64,000 bases of DNA from Gallionella sp. (GCA_041741275.1 JBGSKJ010000144.1:1259-65258); one strand, 5' to 3'; shown: positions 49,418 through 59,716, numbered from the stretch's first letter. The notes: generated by a model from the sequence alone, not told the origin. A program made the numbers and translations.

Positions 49418-51849
49418 CCCCGATTCGACTGCAACTCTTCCGGGCTAAAGTCATCCACCATGATGACCTTGCGGCGCAGCGCGTAATCGCGCTCCAGTTG
49501 CAAGGCCTGCTCCGCGTCGATGATGCCCTTGTCGCGCGCCTCGGAGATGCGCAGCAACTCTTCCAGCGCCTTCAGCTTGCGGCTCTTGCGTGCCTCGTCC
49601 AGCTTGACCTGCAATGGTTCGCACGCCAGCGTACTGGCGAGAGCCGACTCCAGCGCGCCCACCGCTTCCTGCTCGTCAGCGGGAATATACATCCCCGCAG
49701 TCAATCGGTCCCGCGCCGCGCCGGGCTGCATCAGCAGCGTGGCGATCTGATGCCCGAGATGATCCGATGGCGGCGACAATCGCTGCCCCAACGGGAAGAT
49801 CAATACGCTCAACATCCCGCGCACCATCGCGTTCGGGAAGTTCTGGATCACACCGTCGAAAGCCTGCTGGATCTTGTGCAGCGCGTCCTGCATCGCCCAA
49901 TCCAGCAACGGCAGGTCTTCGTCAGGGCGGCCGTCATCCTCAAAGCGCTTCAGCGTCGCCGAACACAGATACATCAGGCTCAACACATCGCCCAGGCGCG
50001 CGGAGATCTTCTCGCGCCGCTTCAGCGAGCCGCCCAACACCGCCATCGCCACATCCGCGCTCAGCGCAAAGGCTGCCGAATAACGGGTCAGCTGCTGGTA
50101 GTAACGATGGGTGGCCGCACCCTCCGGAACCGGAAAACCGCGACCGCCGCTCAGGCCCAGCACAAAGCTGCGCGCCGCATTGCTCAGCGCAAAACTGATA
50201 TGTCCGAACAGCGCCTCGTCGAATTGACGGAGGGCACGCTTGCGGTCATGGTCTTGCGTAGCCGCAACTTCCTTCAGCACGTAGGGATGGGAACGGATCG
50301 CCCCCTGCCCGAAGATCATCAGTGTGCGCGTCAGGATGTTCGCACCTTCGACGGTGATACCGATCGGTGTTTGCTGGTAGAACCGTCCCAGGTAATTGTC
50401 GGGACCGAGACAGATACCCTTGCCGCCGTGCACATCCATCGCGTCGTTGATCACGCTGCGCCCGCGCTCGGTGGCGTGATATTTGATGACGGCGGAGATC
50501 ACCGAAGGTTTTTCGCCCAGATCCACTGCCAGCGCAGTGAACTGGCGCGCCGCATCCACCATATAGGTATTCGCGCCGATGCGTGCCAATGGTTCCTCGA
50601 CACCTTCGAACTTGCCGATCGGCAGCTTGAACTGTTTGCGCACCCGGCTGTATGCGCCGCTGGTGCGGGCTGCCAGTTTCATCGCGCCGATGCTGCTGGC
50701 CGGCAGCGAGATAGAGCGCCCCGCAGCCAGACATTCCATCAGCATGCGCCACCCGTGGCCCACACGCGTCGTCCCGCCGATGATGTAATTCATCGGGATG
50801 AACACCTCCTTGCCCTGCGTCGGACCGTTCAGGAACGCGGAATTCAGCGGAAAGTGGCGGCGACCGATCTGCACGCCGGGTGTATCGGTGGGGATCAGGG
50901 CGAGCGTGATGCCACGTATGGTTTCGCCACCGAGCAGGCGTTCCGGGTCATGCAGTTTGAATGCCATGCCCAGCAGCGTGGCCACCGGAGCCAGCGTGAT
51001 ATAGCGTTTTTCCCAGGTCAGCCGGATGCCCAACACGTTCTTCTGCCCGGCGAATTCGCCATAGCACACCACGCCATAATCGGGGATCGCGCCGGCATCG
51101 GAACCGGCGAACGGGCCGGTCAGCGCAAAGCACGGAACATCCAGTCCCTTTGCCAGGCGTTGCAGGTATTGATCCTTTTGCGCCTCCGTGCCGTAGTGCA
51201 ACAACAACTCGGCTGGCCCCAGAGAATTCGGCACCATCACCGTCACCGCGGCCGTGCCGCTGCGCGAGGCCACTTTGCTCACCACTGCCGAATGCGCCTG
51301 CGCGGAAAACTCCAGCCCGCCATATCGCTTCGGAATGATCATGCCAAAGAAACCCTTGTCCTTGATGAATTGCCAGACTTCGGGCGGCAGGTCGGCGCGC
51401 CGGTGCGTGATGTCCCAATCGTCGATCATGGCGCACAACTGCTCGACCTCGTTGTCAAGGAAGGCTTGCTCAACACTGCTCAGGGAAGGTTTGGGGAAAG
51501 CCCTCAGTTTATTCCAGTTCGGGTTACCGCTGAACAGTTCGCCATCCCACCATACCGTGCCGGCATCGATCGCCTCTTGCTCGGTGGCCGATATCTGCGG
51601 CAAGATATTGCGGAACAACTTGAGTACCGTGCCGCTCACCAGGTTGCGGCGCAGAAATGGAATCCCGAACAGCATGATGTACAACAGCAGTGCGACAGCG
51701 ATCCCCTGCAAAACGGCATCCGAGAAGCTCGCCTGGATCGCAATCACCGGAATGATCACAACCATCGCCAGTGTCCAGCCAATAATGGAAGAGCGGAAAA
51801 ATGCGAGCAGAATGAAGATCGCCAGTGCCGCCAGTAAGGTTAACGCCAT
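49414..51849 (-). CDS. fadE: large membrane-anchored acyl-CoA dehydrogenase
   Basis: 811 aa; two N-terminal TM helices followed by an acyl-CoA dehydrogenase fold. Confidence 0.9.
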   Translation of the reverse strand: MALTLLAALAIFILLAFFRSSIIGWTLAMVVIIPVIAIQASFSDAVLQGIAVALLLYIMLFGIPFLRRNLVSGTVLKLFRNILPQISATEQEAIDAGTVWWDGELFSGNPNWNKLRAFPKPSLSSVEQAFLDNEVEQLCAMIDDWDITHRRADLPPEVWQFIKDKGFFGMIIPKRYGGLEFSAQAHSAVVSKVASRSGTAAVTVMVPNSLGPAELLLHYGTEAQKDQYLQRLAKGLDVPCFALTGPFAGSDAGAIPDYGVVCYGEFAGQKNVLGIRLTWEKRYITLAPVATLLGMAFKLHDPERLLGGETIRGITLALIPTDTPGVQIGRRHFPLNSAFLNGPTQGKEVFIPMNYIIGGTTRVGHGWRMLMECLAAGRSISLPASSIGAMKLAARTSGAYSRVRKQFKLPIGKFEGVEEPLARIGANTYMVDAARQFTALAVDLGEKPSVISAVIKYHATERGRSVINDAMDVHGGKGICLGPDNYLGRFYQQTPIGITVEGANILTRTLMIFGQGAIRSHPYVLKEVAATQDHDRKRALRQFDEALFGHISFALSNAARSFVLGLSGGRGFPVPEGAATHRYYQQLTRYSAAFALSADVAMAVLGGSLKRREKISARLGDVLSLMYLCSATLKRFEDDGRPDEDLPLLDWAMQDALHKIQQAFDGVIQNFPNAMVRGMLSVLIFPLGQRLSPPSDHLGHQIATLLMQPGAARDRLTAGMYIPADEQEAVGALESALASTLACEPLQVKLDEARKSRKLKALEELLRISEARDKGIIDAEQALQLERDYALRRKVIMVDDFSPEELQSNRG

Positions 51850-51943
51850 AATCGATGATCTCCCGATTCATTTTATTGAATTACTGCCACACTTTAGCGC
51901 GATGTATGCAACTGTACAACAAAACCGCTTCACCGCTTCCAGT

Positions 51944-52459
51944 CTAACGCTTCAACTTGATGTGAAATGTCTCCCCTATCGCATCGATGGTTTCCGGGCT
52001 ATCCCACTCGTAGGCGCCGCGCACTTTTTCGAGTACACGGCCATGAGCGTCCACCAATACGGTCAGCGGGATCGTATCGGCACCCAGCATATTTTCAAGG
52101 AACAACTTGCTATCAAGAAAGTTCTCGAAGGTGACTTTTGACTGTTTGATGAAAGCCGCAGCCGCGTTGCCATCATCATCGGTAGATATCCCGATCACAT
52201 TGAACTGCTTTCCGCCATACCGTTGCGCAAGCCGACTCAATGAACCCATCTCTGCCCGGCATGGGCCGCACCAACTGGCCCACACATTGATGATCAGCGG
52301 CTTCCCCTTAAAGTCGGAAAACTTCCTCGTCTTCCCGTCAAACCCGCGCAAGTTTGCCTCGCGCAGATAACCGCCTATTTCGACCTCGCCGGGTGTGCCC
52401 GCAAAAGCAGTTGCCGGGATTGCCGATGCCATGAAAAAAACCAGAAGAATTGCCCGCAT
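51944..52459 (-). CDS. TlpA-family thiol:disulfide oxidoreductase (thioredoxin fold)
   Basis: Start at MRAILLVFFMASAIPATAFA (signal peptide). Active site WASWCGPC. Confidence 0.85.
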   Translation of the reverse strand: MRAILLVFFMASAIPATAFAGTPGEVEIGGYLREANLRGFDGKTRKFSDFKGKPLIINVWASWCGPCRAEMGSLSRLAQRYGGKQFNVIGISTDDDGNAAAAFIKQSKVTFENFLDSKLFLENMLGADTIPLTVLVDAHGRVLEKVRGAYEWDSPETIDAIGETFHIKLKR

Positions 52460-52533
52460 GCTAATTCCGCCTGTTCGTTGATTCATTTTCCAATACCGAT
52501 CGCCGGTTGCCTGCTCATTTCGGATAGACATTC

Positions 52534-53895
52534 CTAGCGCACCCGGTTGACTGCTTCTTCCACACGCTCCACCGCGATGATCTCCATGCCCGGAATCTTT
52601 TGCTTCGGGGCGTTGGCCTTGGGGATGATCGCCTGCGTGAAACCCAGCTTGGCGGCCTCTTTCAGACGTTCCTGTCCGCGCTGCACCGGGCGCACTTCAC
52701 CGGCCAGCCCCACTTCGCCGAACACCACCAGCTTTTCCGGCAACGGCTTGTTGCGCAGGCTGGACACCATCGCGAGGATCACCGCAAGGTCGGCGCCCGG
52801 CTCGGTGATCTTCACGCCGCCCACTGCATTGATGAACACATCCTGGTCGAAACAGGCGATACCCGCATGGCGATGCAGCACCGCGAGCAGCATCGCCAGC
52901 CGATTCTGTTCCAGACCCAGCGACAAGCGTCTCACATTGGGCGAATGCGCCTCGTCGAGCAGCGCCTGTATCTCCACCAGCAGCGGGCGGGTGCCTTCCT
53001 GCGTCACCATCACGCACGAACCGGCGACCTGTTCGCCGTGCTGCGACAGGAACAGCGCGGATGGGTTGCTCACCTCGCGCAAGCCCTTCTCGGTCATCGC
53101 GAACACGCCGAGTTCGTTCACCGCGCCGAATCGGTTCTTGAACGCGCGGATCAAACGGAAACTGGAATGCGTGTCGCCCTCGAAATACAGCACCGTGTCC
53201 ACGATGTGTTCCAGCACGCGCGGCCCGGCCAGCGCGCCCTCCTTGGTGACGTGCCCGACCAGGATCATGGTGATGTTGTTGGCCTTGGCGATGCGCGTGA
53301 GCTGCGCGGCGCATTCGCGCACCTGCGCCACAGAGCCGGGCGCGGAAGTGAGCTGCTCTGAATACACGGTCTGGATCGAATCGATCACCACGACGTCCGG
53401 CTTGTCGTGTGCGATGGCGGCCTGGATCCTTTCCAGCTGTATCTCCGGCAGCAGGCGCAGGCTGCGCGCATCCAGGGACAAGCGTTTGGCGCGCAGCGCG
53501 ATCTGCTGCGCCGACTCTTCGCCGCTGACGTACAGGGTATTTTGCTGTTTGGACAGATGCGCCAGCACTTGCAGCAACAGCGTGGATTTGCCGATGCCCG
53601 GATCGCCGCCGATCAGCACCACCGCACCCTGCACCAGCCCGCCACCCAGCACGCGATCGAATTCTTCGATGCCGGTCGGCGTGCGCGGCACTTCGGCGGC
53701 TTCCACTTTGGAGAGCATCTGCACCCTGCCGCTCGCCGCCAGCGCGCTGAAACGGTTCTTGCCGCCTGGAGTGACTGCCTCGGCCACCGATTCGATCAGC
53801 GTGTTCCATTCCATGCAATGCGGGCATTGTCCCTGCCACTTGGGTGTTTGTCCGCCGCACTCGGAGCATACATAGATCGTTTTGGGTTTTGCCAT
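52534..53895 (-). CDS. radA: DNA repair protein RadA/Sms
   Basis: 453 aa; Zn ribbon CSECG...CPHC, Walker A GDPGIGKST, KNRFG motif, Lon-like C-terminus. Confidence 0.96.
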   Translation of the reverse strand: MAKPKTIYVCSECGGQTPKWQGQCPHCMEWNTLIESVAEAVTPGGKNRFSALAASGRVQMLSKVEAAEVPRTPTGIEEFDRVLGGGLVQGAVVLIGGDPGIGKSTLLLQVLAHLSKQQNTLYVSGEESAQQIALRAKRLSLDARSLRLLPEIQLERIQAAIAHDKPDVVVIDSIQTVYSEQLTSAPGSVAQVRECAAQLTRIAKANNITMILVGHVTKEGALAGPRVLEHIVDTVLYFEGDTHSSFRLIRAFKNRFGAVNELGVFAMTEKGLREVSNPSALFLSQHGEQVAGSCVMVTQEGTRPLLVEIQALLDEAHSPNVRRLSLGLEQNRLAMLLAVLHRHAGIACFDQDVFINAVGGVKITEPGADLAVILAMVSSLRNKPLPEKLVVFGEVGLAGEVRPVQRGQERLKEAAKLGFTQAIIPKANAPKQKIPGMEIIAVERVEEAVNRVR

Positions 53896-53963
53896 GCCTA
53901 CCTTTTATTTGAGACGATCACAGAGATCAATAGGCACTGCTTATAGCACCAACGGGTTACAGA

Positions 53964-54584
53964 TCACTTGCCCAGCAATCCATTCCCGGCCATCGCTTTC
54001 ACCATGATGCCGATATAGGACTTGATCATGTTCTGGTATGAGTCTCCCATCACGGTTTCGGACGAAGCCGCCCAAACCAGTTTGTCATGCCGGGTTTCAT
54101 ACAGGTTGGTCTCGATCACCGCGTATTCGTCCTCGGCGATATAGCCCGGCGAGTACATGTAGCGGTAGCCATAGCCGTAATAGTCCGGCCAGGTGCCGTA
54201 ATTGGACGGGGGATAATAGACCGTCCCCGGCACATAGGTTTGCACGGTCTTTTTGCTGACCAGCCTGGTGATGAGTATCGTATCGGCTCCCAGCTCTTTC
54301 ACCTTGGCCGCGATCGCCTCCTGGTCATCCCGCTGCTTGTCGGGAAGAACGGTATAACTCGAGATCGCTTCGGTGCCGCGGGCCTTGAGCTGCAATACGA
54401 ACTCATCCTCGAACAACCTGCGGTTAAGCGGATTCTTGGACATCCCGATGACCATGATCGTGGCGGGACGGGCCTGGTATGACGGGTCTTTCCAGACCGA
54501 ATTGAGCTGGGTTGAGGCGCATGCAGTGGCCAGGATCGCTCCAAGCGCCAGAACAACGAAAGGGTTGCGCAGATAACGTGACAT
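53964..54584 (-). CDS. hypothetical lipoprotein
   Basis: Start at MSRYLRNPFVVLALGAILATAC (lipobox) with AAGGAGGAG upstream. Tyr/Gly/Pro-rich middle. Confidence 0.7.
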   Translation of the reverse strand: MSRYLRNPFVVLALGAILATACASTQLNSVWKDPSYQARPATIMVIGMSKNPLNRRLFEDEFVLQLKARGTEAISSYTVLPDKQRDDQEAIAAKVKELGADTILITRLVSKKTVQTYVPGTVYYPPSNYGTWPDYYGYGYRYMYSPGYIAEDEYAVIETNLYETRHDKLVWAASSETVMGDSYQNMIKSYIGIMVKAMAGNGLLGK

Positions 54585-54771
54585 TTTTACTCCTCCTTTA
54601 GCGGAACAGATGGATGAAGCATACGTCATATCGCCCTGTCAGGCCATATCCGCGGTTTGCATCAAAATCACGGCGTAGACCATGCGGAATGATCTTGGCA
54701 GCGATAAAAGACATACGGGGCGATGGCGGTCCAGGCCGGCAACAGGCGCACCATCGTGCACATCATCCGGG

Positions 54772-55308
54772 TCACTTCATCCGGGAAGGCAGTTTGATCG
54801 TATCGCCCGCCACCATGAACACACCCTTGCCCTGATGATGCAGGGTGCGCGGGTCCTTTATTGCGGGATCGATCCACGCCTTGACCACCTCCAGCACGAA
54901 GAAGTTGTACTTGTTCACCATACCGGTATCGGCCACCGCGCATTCGAGATTGGCATAGCACTCGGCGATCAGCGGCGGCGCAACTTGTGAGGCGGGCAGC
55001 GGCGTCAGCTTGAATTTTTTGAACTTGTCCACCTTGTTACCCGAGCAGTTTCCGATGCCCGCCACCTGCTTCGCCAGTTCCACCGTCGGGATGCTGATCA
55101 CGCATTCCCTGGTTGCCACCAGCGCATCAAAGCTGTGATTCCGCCCGCTGATCACACAGCCCACCAGTGGCGGCTCGAACTCCATCATCGTGTGCCACGA
55201 CTGGGTCATGATGTTCGTCTTGCCCTTGTGCGCAGTCGTCACCAGCACCACCGGCCCCGGTTCAAGCAGGCGATAGACACTGGCTAAGGGGAAGTTTCTT
55301 TTCGCCAT
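54772..55308 (-). CDS. flavin reductase-like (FMN-binding split-barrel) protein
   Basis: 178 aa; PVVLVTT...NIMTQSW motif. Confidence 0.82.
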   Translation of the reverse strand: MAKRNFPLASVYRLLEPGPVVLVTTAHKGKTNIMTQSWHTMMEFEPPLVGCVISGRNHSFDALVATRECVISIPTVELAKQVAGIGNCSGNKVDKFKKFKLTPLPASQVAPPLIAECYANLECAVADTGMVNKYNFFVLEVVKAWIDPAIKDPRTLHHQGKGVFMVAGDTIKLPSRMK

Positions 55309-55350
55309 ACCGGCACATCCTTTGAGGAGACCTCTAAAAATCCAATTACA

Positions 55351-56337
55351 TCATGCCAACCCGGGTTGCCGGTTATTAGAGCCTGACATCAATATTTTTA
55401 TAACGGACTGCTGGTTGTTTTTCACGGCCAACGTGAGCGGCGTATCCCCGTCGCGATTCATTATTTTCATATCGGCACCGTGGAACAAAAGTGTCCGGAC
55501 AATTTCGGTATAACCGGCAGCAGCAGCCTTGTGTAGAGCTGTCGATCCGTCGCGTATGGATGAATTCAGATTTGCGCCACTGTCGATCAGCAACAGCACG
55601 ACCCCCAGGTGCCTGGCTTTGGATGCCTGAAACAAGGGGGTAAAGCCTGAATTGCTGATCGCGTCAACTTCCGCACGATTCTCGATGAGCAATTTTGCAC
55701 CGGACGTTTGTCCGGCATCGGCAGCCCAATGCAGGGCGGTGTTGCCGAGTAAATCTCTGGCATGCACGTTCGCCTGATGTTTGATCAGAACCCTTATAAC
55801 TTCATCGTGCCCATTGAAAGCCGCCAGCATCAGCGGGGTCCAGCCACGTTCATTGGAGATTTCAGTGTTGACACGGGCCTCAAGAAACAAGGCCACTCCC
55901 CTGCGGTCACCGCTTACTGCCGCCTGATGAAAGCCCCTGGCGGAGCATGGAATACCAAGTTTTTCTACTGCCTTTGCAGTGTCAACCGGAAGCGGCTTCC
56001 AGGTGTTCTCGTTCAGGATGTTTACCGGCGGCTTAAAGGTGGCAAATTTATCCGTGGATACATCCCAGATATCCTGGTTCTTTGCAGGCGCGTGAGAGCT
56101 GAAATGCACCAGACTCAATCGCACAATTTCCGCGGCGACATCGGGAGGAAAGCCGGCGCGGTCTTGCCGCTCGGGAACCATCAATTCCGTAAAATAGGCA
56201 CTCATACCGGGTTTATCCCAGAGCATCATGATTTTCTCGAATATCCTCGGGAATTGATCCTCCAGGCCGCGGGGGTAATATTTCTCTTCCCCGCCCAATA
56301 TTCTGAGTAGTCTTTCATTCATATCGTTTCGTTGCAT
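55351..56337 (-). CDS. ankyrin-repeat protein with an unassigned N-terminal domain
   Basis: Four to five ANK repeats (GWTPLMLAAFNGH, GNTALHWAA, GFTPLFQA, GSTALHKAA, GDTPLTLA). Start is uncertain (ATG 56337 or 56322; no clear SD). AT-richer than the flanks. Confidence 0.75.
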   Translation of the reverse strand: MQRNDMNERLLRILGGEEKYYPRGLEDQFPRIFEKIMMLWDKPGMSAYFTELMVPERQDRAGFPPDVAAEIVRLSLVHFSSHAPAKNQDIWDVSTDKFATFKPPVNILNENTWKPLPVDTAKAVEKLGIPCSARGFHQAAVSGDRRGVALFLEARVNTEISNERGWTPLMLAAFNGHDEVIRVLIKHQANVHARDLLGNTALHWAADAGQTSGAKLLIENRAEVDAISNSGFTPLFQASKARHLGVVLLLIDSGANLNSSIRDGSTALHKAAAAGYTEIVRTLLFHGADMKIMNRDGDTPLTLAVKNNQQSVIKILMSGSNNRQPGLA

Positions 56338-56441
56338 CAATTGAATTGCGCGATTTTTTGTTTGGTCAAGGCAGGATTCTGTGCAAAAACAGCTTTTAAC
56401 GCAATGGCCGGGTAAGAAACGCTTGTCACCCGTTGCAGCAG

Positions 56442-56780
56442 CTACTGTCTGGATGCCGACCAATTGTAGCCCCGCACCTTGCCATGCTTGTCAAACCTGA
56501 CTTGCAGGATTTTCACTTTGGCTGTGCTCATATCAGCTATCTCGCCTTCGGCGAAGTAATAGGCCCACTCGTCGAAGCGCTCGCCATCGACGGCCACGCT
56601 GACCCCCACGCTGGAGGGCTCGCCCAGCCAGGAACGAACCTGGCTTTGTGTGGTGATACCCTGCTCGATCCTGGCTGTGAATACCCCCGCATCAAAATCC
56701 CTACCCAGCCTGACAGAACCGCATGCGCCGAGCAAAAAGACAGCAAGTAAAAATACCGCAATACGTGAAAAAACGAGCAT
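56442..56780 (-). CDS. small lipoprotein, SmpA/OmlA (BamE-like) fold
   Basis: Start at MLVFSRIAVFLLAVFLLGAC with AGGAGA upstream. ITTQSQVRSWLGEPS motif typical of OmlA/BamE. Confidence 0.72.
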   Translation of the reverse strand: MLVFSRIAVFLLAVFLLGACGSVRLGRDFDAGVFTARIEQGITTQSQVRSWLGEPSSVGVSVAVDGERFDEWAYYFAEGEIADMSTAKVKILQVRFDKHGKVRGYNWSASRQ

Positions 56781-56910
56781 GATGTCTCCTGTTAAATATT
56801 CTTGTCCGTGTCGATGCTGGGGCCTGTTTTTGAATATCACGAGGCCAATCAAATACTCGAAATCCCCAACCTTCCCGCACGCCATCGCGTAAAATCGCCG
56901 CCGCACTATA

Positions 56911-58896
56911 ATGCCGGCCCCGGCAAATAACCATATCCCTTTCAACCCGGAATATTTCCGCCCCCCGATTGTGACCGCCGAAGTCGAACGCTTCTTCTCC
57001 GAACAAAGCCCGCTTGCCACAGAGGTGGACTCATTCCGTCCGCGCGAACAGCAGCGCGAGATGGCGTTGGCGGTGGCCGAGGCGATACGCGACAACGCGA
57101 TACTGGTGGTCGAGGCAGGCACCGGCACCGGCAAGACCTTCGCCTATCTGGTACCCGCGCTGTTGGCGGGCGGCAAGGTGATCATCTCGACCGGCACCAA
57201 GAATCTGCAGGATCAGTTGTTTCAAAAGGACCTGCCTATGGTGCGCGACGCATTGAAAGCGCCGGTGTCGGTGGCGCTGCTCAAGGGGCGCTCGAACTAT
57301 GTGTGCCATTATCATCTATCACGAACAGAATCGGATGGCATGTTCAAGACGCGCGAGGACATCAAGCATCTCGGCAAGATCAAGAGCTACGCCAAGGTCA
57401 GCGATTCCGGCGACAAGAGCGGACTGGCCGATGTGCCGGAGAACGCGCCGATCTGGATGCAGGTAACGTCGACGCGCGACAACTGTCTCGGCCAGGAATG
57501 TCCCAACCACAAGGAATGCTTCGTGCTCAAGGCGCGCACCGAGGCGATGAAAGCGGATATCGTGGTGGTGAACCATCACCTGTTCTTTGCGGATGTGATG
57601 CTGCGCGACGAGGGCGTGGCGGAACTGCTGCCTGCCTGCAACACGGTGATCTTCGACGAGGCTCACCAGCTGCCGGAAACCGCCAGCCTGTTCTTCGGCG
57701 AAACTCTGTCCACCACGCTGTTGCTCGATCTGGCGCGCGACACACGCATCGAGGCAGCTGCTGGAGCCAAGGATTTTGCGCCGCTGCCAAAAGCCTGCGA
57801 CGAACTGGACAAGGCCGCGCGCGACTTGCGGCTGGTGTTCAAGAAGGAAGGCCGGATGCCGGCAGCAGCCACGGAGAATTTCAAGGAGTTTTCGCCCGCA
57901 CTGAAGACATTGAGCGAGAAGCTCGCGCAATTGAACGGCATGCTGGAGAAGCAGGCGGAGCGCAGTGAAGGGCTGGAGAACTGCTGGCAAAGGGCACAGG
58001 CTTTGGCGCAACAACTGGCCAAATGGCAGAAGGGTGACGAGCCGGATCAAGTCAGGTGGCTGGAGGTATTCCACCACTCGCTGCAACTCAACACCACGCC
58101 GCTGTCCATCGCCGAGATCTTTGAAAAGCAGATAGTCGGCAGTGCGCGCGCCTGGATATTCACTTCCGCGACACTCGCGGTGAAGCAGGACTTCTCGCAC
58201 TATCAGGGCGAGATGGGTTTGCTCAATGCCAAGACCGCGTGCTGGGACAGTCCGTTCAACTACGCCGAACAGGCCTTGCTGTATGTACCGGCCAATCTGC
58301 CGGAGCCGAACAGCGAAGGCTATACCGAGGCAGTGGTGCAGGCCGCGCTGCCATTGATCGAAGCCAGCCAGGGCCGCGCCTTCCTGCTGTTCACCAGCCT
58401 GCGCGCGATGCAGCGCGCGCACGAAATCCTGCAGGCCGAATTCGACCGGCGCGGCTGGAACTACCCGCTGTTGCTGCAGGGCGAAGGCTCGCGCAACGAG
58501 CTGCTGACGCGCTTCCGTTCTCTCGGCAACGCGGTGCTGCTCGGCAGCCAGTCGTTCTGGGAAGGCGTGGACGTGCGCGGCGAGGCGCTGTCGCTGGTGA
58601 TCATAGACAAGCTGCCGTTCGCCCCGCCGGACGATCCGGTGCTTGCGGCGCGCATCGCACAAATCAACAAACAGGGACGCAACGCGTTCATGGAATACCA
58701 GTTGCCGCGTGCCATCATCACGCTCAAGCAAGGTGCGGGACGCCTGATCCGCGACGAGACCGACCACGGCGAGCTGATGATCTGCGACCCGCGCCTGATC
58801 AGCAAACCTTATGGCAAGCGTATCTGGCAAAGTTTGCCGCCGATGAAACGCACCCGGGTGGAAGCTGAAGCAGTGGAATTCTTCAAAACTGCTTAA
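56911..58896 (+). CDS. ATP-dependent DNA helicase, DinG/YoaA (Rad3-like, Fe-S) family
   Basis: 661 aa; EAGTGTGKTF Walker A, DEAH box (FDEAHQL), Cys cluster C..C..C..C in the Fe-S domain. The exact start is uncertain because a TATAAT overlaps the annotated ATG. Confidence 0.88.
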   Translation: MPAPANNHIPFNPEYFRPPIVTAEVERFFSEQSPLATEVDSFRPREQQREMALAVAEAIRDNAILVVEAGTGTGKTFAYLVPALLAGGKVIISTGTKNLQDQLFQKDLPMVRDALKAPVSVALLKGRSNYVCHYHLSRTESDGMFKTREDIKHLGKIKSYAKVSDSGDKSGLADVPENAPIWMQVTSTRDNCLGQECPNHKECFVLKARTEAMKADIVVVNHHLFFADVMLRDEGVAELLPACNTVIFDEAHQLPETASLFFGETLSTTLLLDLARDTRIEAAAGAKDFAPLPKACDELDKAARDLRLVFKKEGRMPAAATENFKEFSPALKTLSEKLAQLNGMLEKQAERSEGLENCWQRAQALAQQLAKWQKGDEPDQVRWLEVFHHSLQLNTTPLSIAEIFEKQIVGSARAWIFTSATLAVKQDFSHYQGEMGLLNAKTACWDSPFNYAEQALLYVPANLPEPNSEGYTEAVVQAALPLIEASQGRAFLLFTSLRAMQRAHEILQAEFDRRGWNYPLLLQGEGSRNELLTRFRSLGNAVLLGSQSFWEGVDVRGEALSLVIIDKLPFAPPDDPVLAARIAQINKQGRNAFMEYQLPRAIITLKQGAGRLIRDETDHGELMICDPRLISKPYGKRIWQSLPPMKRTRVEAEAVEFFKTA

Positions 58897-58934
58897 CCCC
58901 TCACGGCATCAAACCCCTCCCAACCTCCCCTTGC

Positions 58935-58997
58935 CATAACCAACGACTTGGCTATCGTCTTTTGATAGCTTAGTCGAATGGCTAGTTGTTTTATCAG
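58935..58997. repeat. 63-bp dispersed palindromic repeat, copy 2
   Basis: CATAACCAACGACTTGGCTATCGTCTTTTGATAGCTTAGTCGAATGGCTAGTTGTTTTATCAG. Nested between ACCTCCCC (58923-58930) and GGGGAGGT (58997-59004). Confidence 0.9.
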
Positions 58998-59150
58998 GGG
59001 AGGTGATTAGAATCACCGTCAGCAGGCCAAGCTCCTCCCTGCGCCCTCCCTGACAAGGGAGGGCTGGGGTGGGTTGAATCCGGGAGGCCGGAAGGTATTT
59101 GTCGGAAGCAGAAAATCACTTTTGAATATTACCGTTGTTGCACCAAGCCA

Positions 59151-59690
59151 CTACATTGGTTTCCCGCCACTTACCAAACGAACGTTGAGTGTCTCTCCCC
59201 TGCTCTTATACATGGCACCTTCCACACCGAAGCTCAGCACATAGGCATTGCCTGGATCAGCCGGCTCGGTGGCGGTCCAGAAGAAGCTCGCAGGTGTCTC
59301 CGGGAACAGCGCAAGATTGGTCCGGGGGTTTGCGCACTGGCGCTCAACGATCATGGCCAGCTCGGGTATCTGCGGCACTCGCCAATCATTGCGGCCGGCA
59401 TAACCACCCTGCTCATTAAGTATGCACGACTCGGCTTTCGCGGACTGCCAGGTATGGGCACTCGGTTTGCCGACGCAAGTTGTGCCGGACCAGACCTGCC
59501 CCAGCGAGCAACGCATCCACGTCAGTTTCGATCGAGTGTCGGTCACTGTGCCATCGCCATTGTCCTTGAATTGATCAGCATGGATAGACATAGGATAGGC
59601 GTGGGTATCGCAAATTTGTTCAGCCCAGGCAGGTGACCAGACCGATGAACTGCCCAGCAATAGAATTAAGATAAGATGTCTTGCCTTCAT
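59151..59690 (-). CDS. secreted DUF1566 (Lcl C-terminal domain-like) protein
   Basis: 179 aa; signal peptide; LTWMRC...WRVPQIPEL...FWTAT pattern. Confidence 0.72.
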   Translation of the reverse strand: MKARHLILILLLGSSSVWSPAWAEQICDTHAYPMSIHADQFKDNGDGTVTDTRSKLTWMRCSLGQVWSGTTCVGKPSAHTWQSAKAESCILNEQGGYAGRNDWRVPQIPELAMIVERQCANPRTNLALFPETPASFFWTATEPADPGNAYVLSFGVEGAMYKSRGETLNVRLVSGGKPM

Positions 59691-59716
59691 TGTTCAACTC
59701 CTTTTTGCTGGCCTTT

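Noticed and set aside
56907-56912. Perfect TATAAT overlapping the annotated ATG of the DinG-like helicase, suggesting a downstream start
   Set aside because: There is no acceptable -35 element at 17 bp and no better SD-preceded start downstream (the GTG at 56971 lacks an SD). I kept the ATG at 56911 but flagged the start as uncertain.
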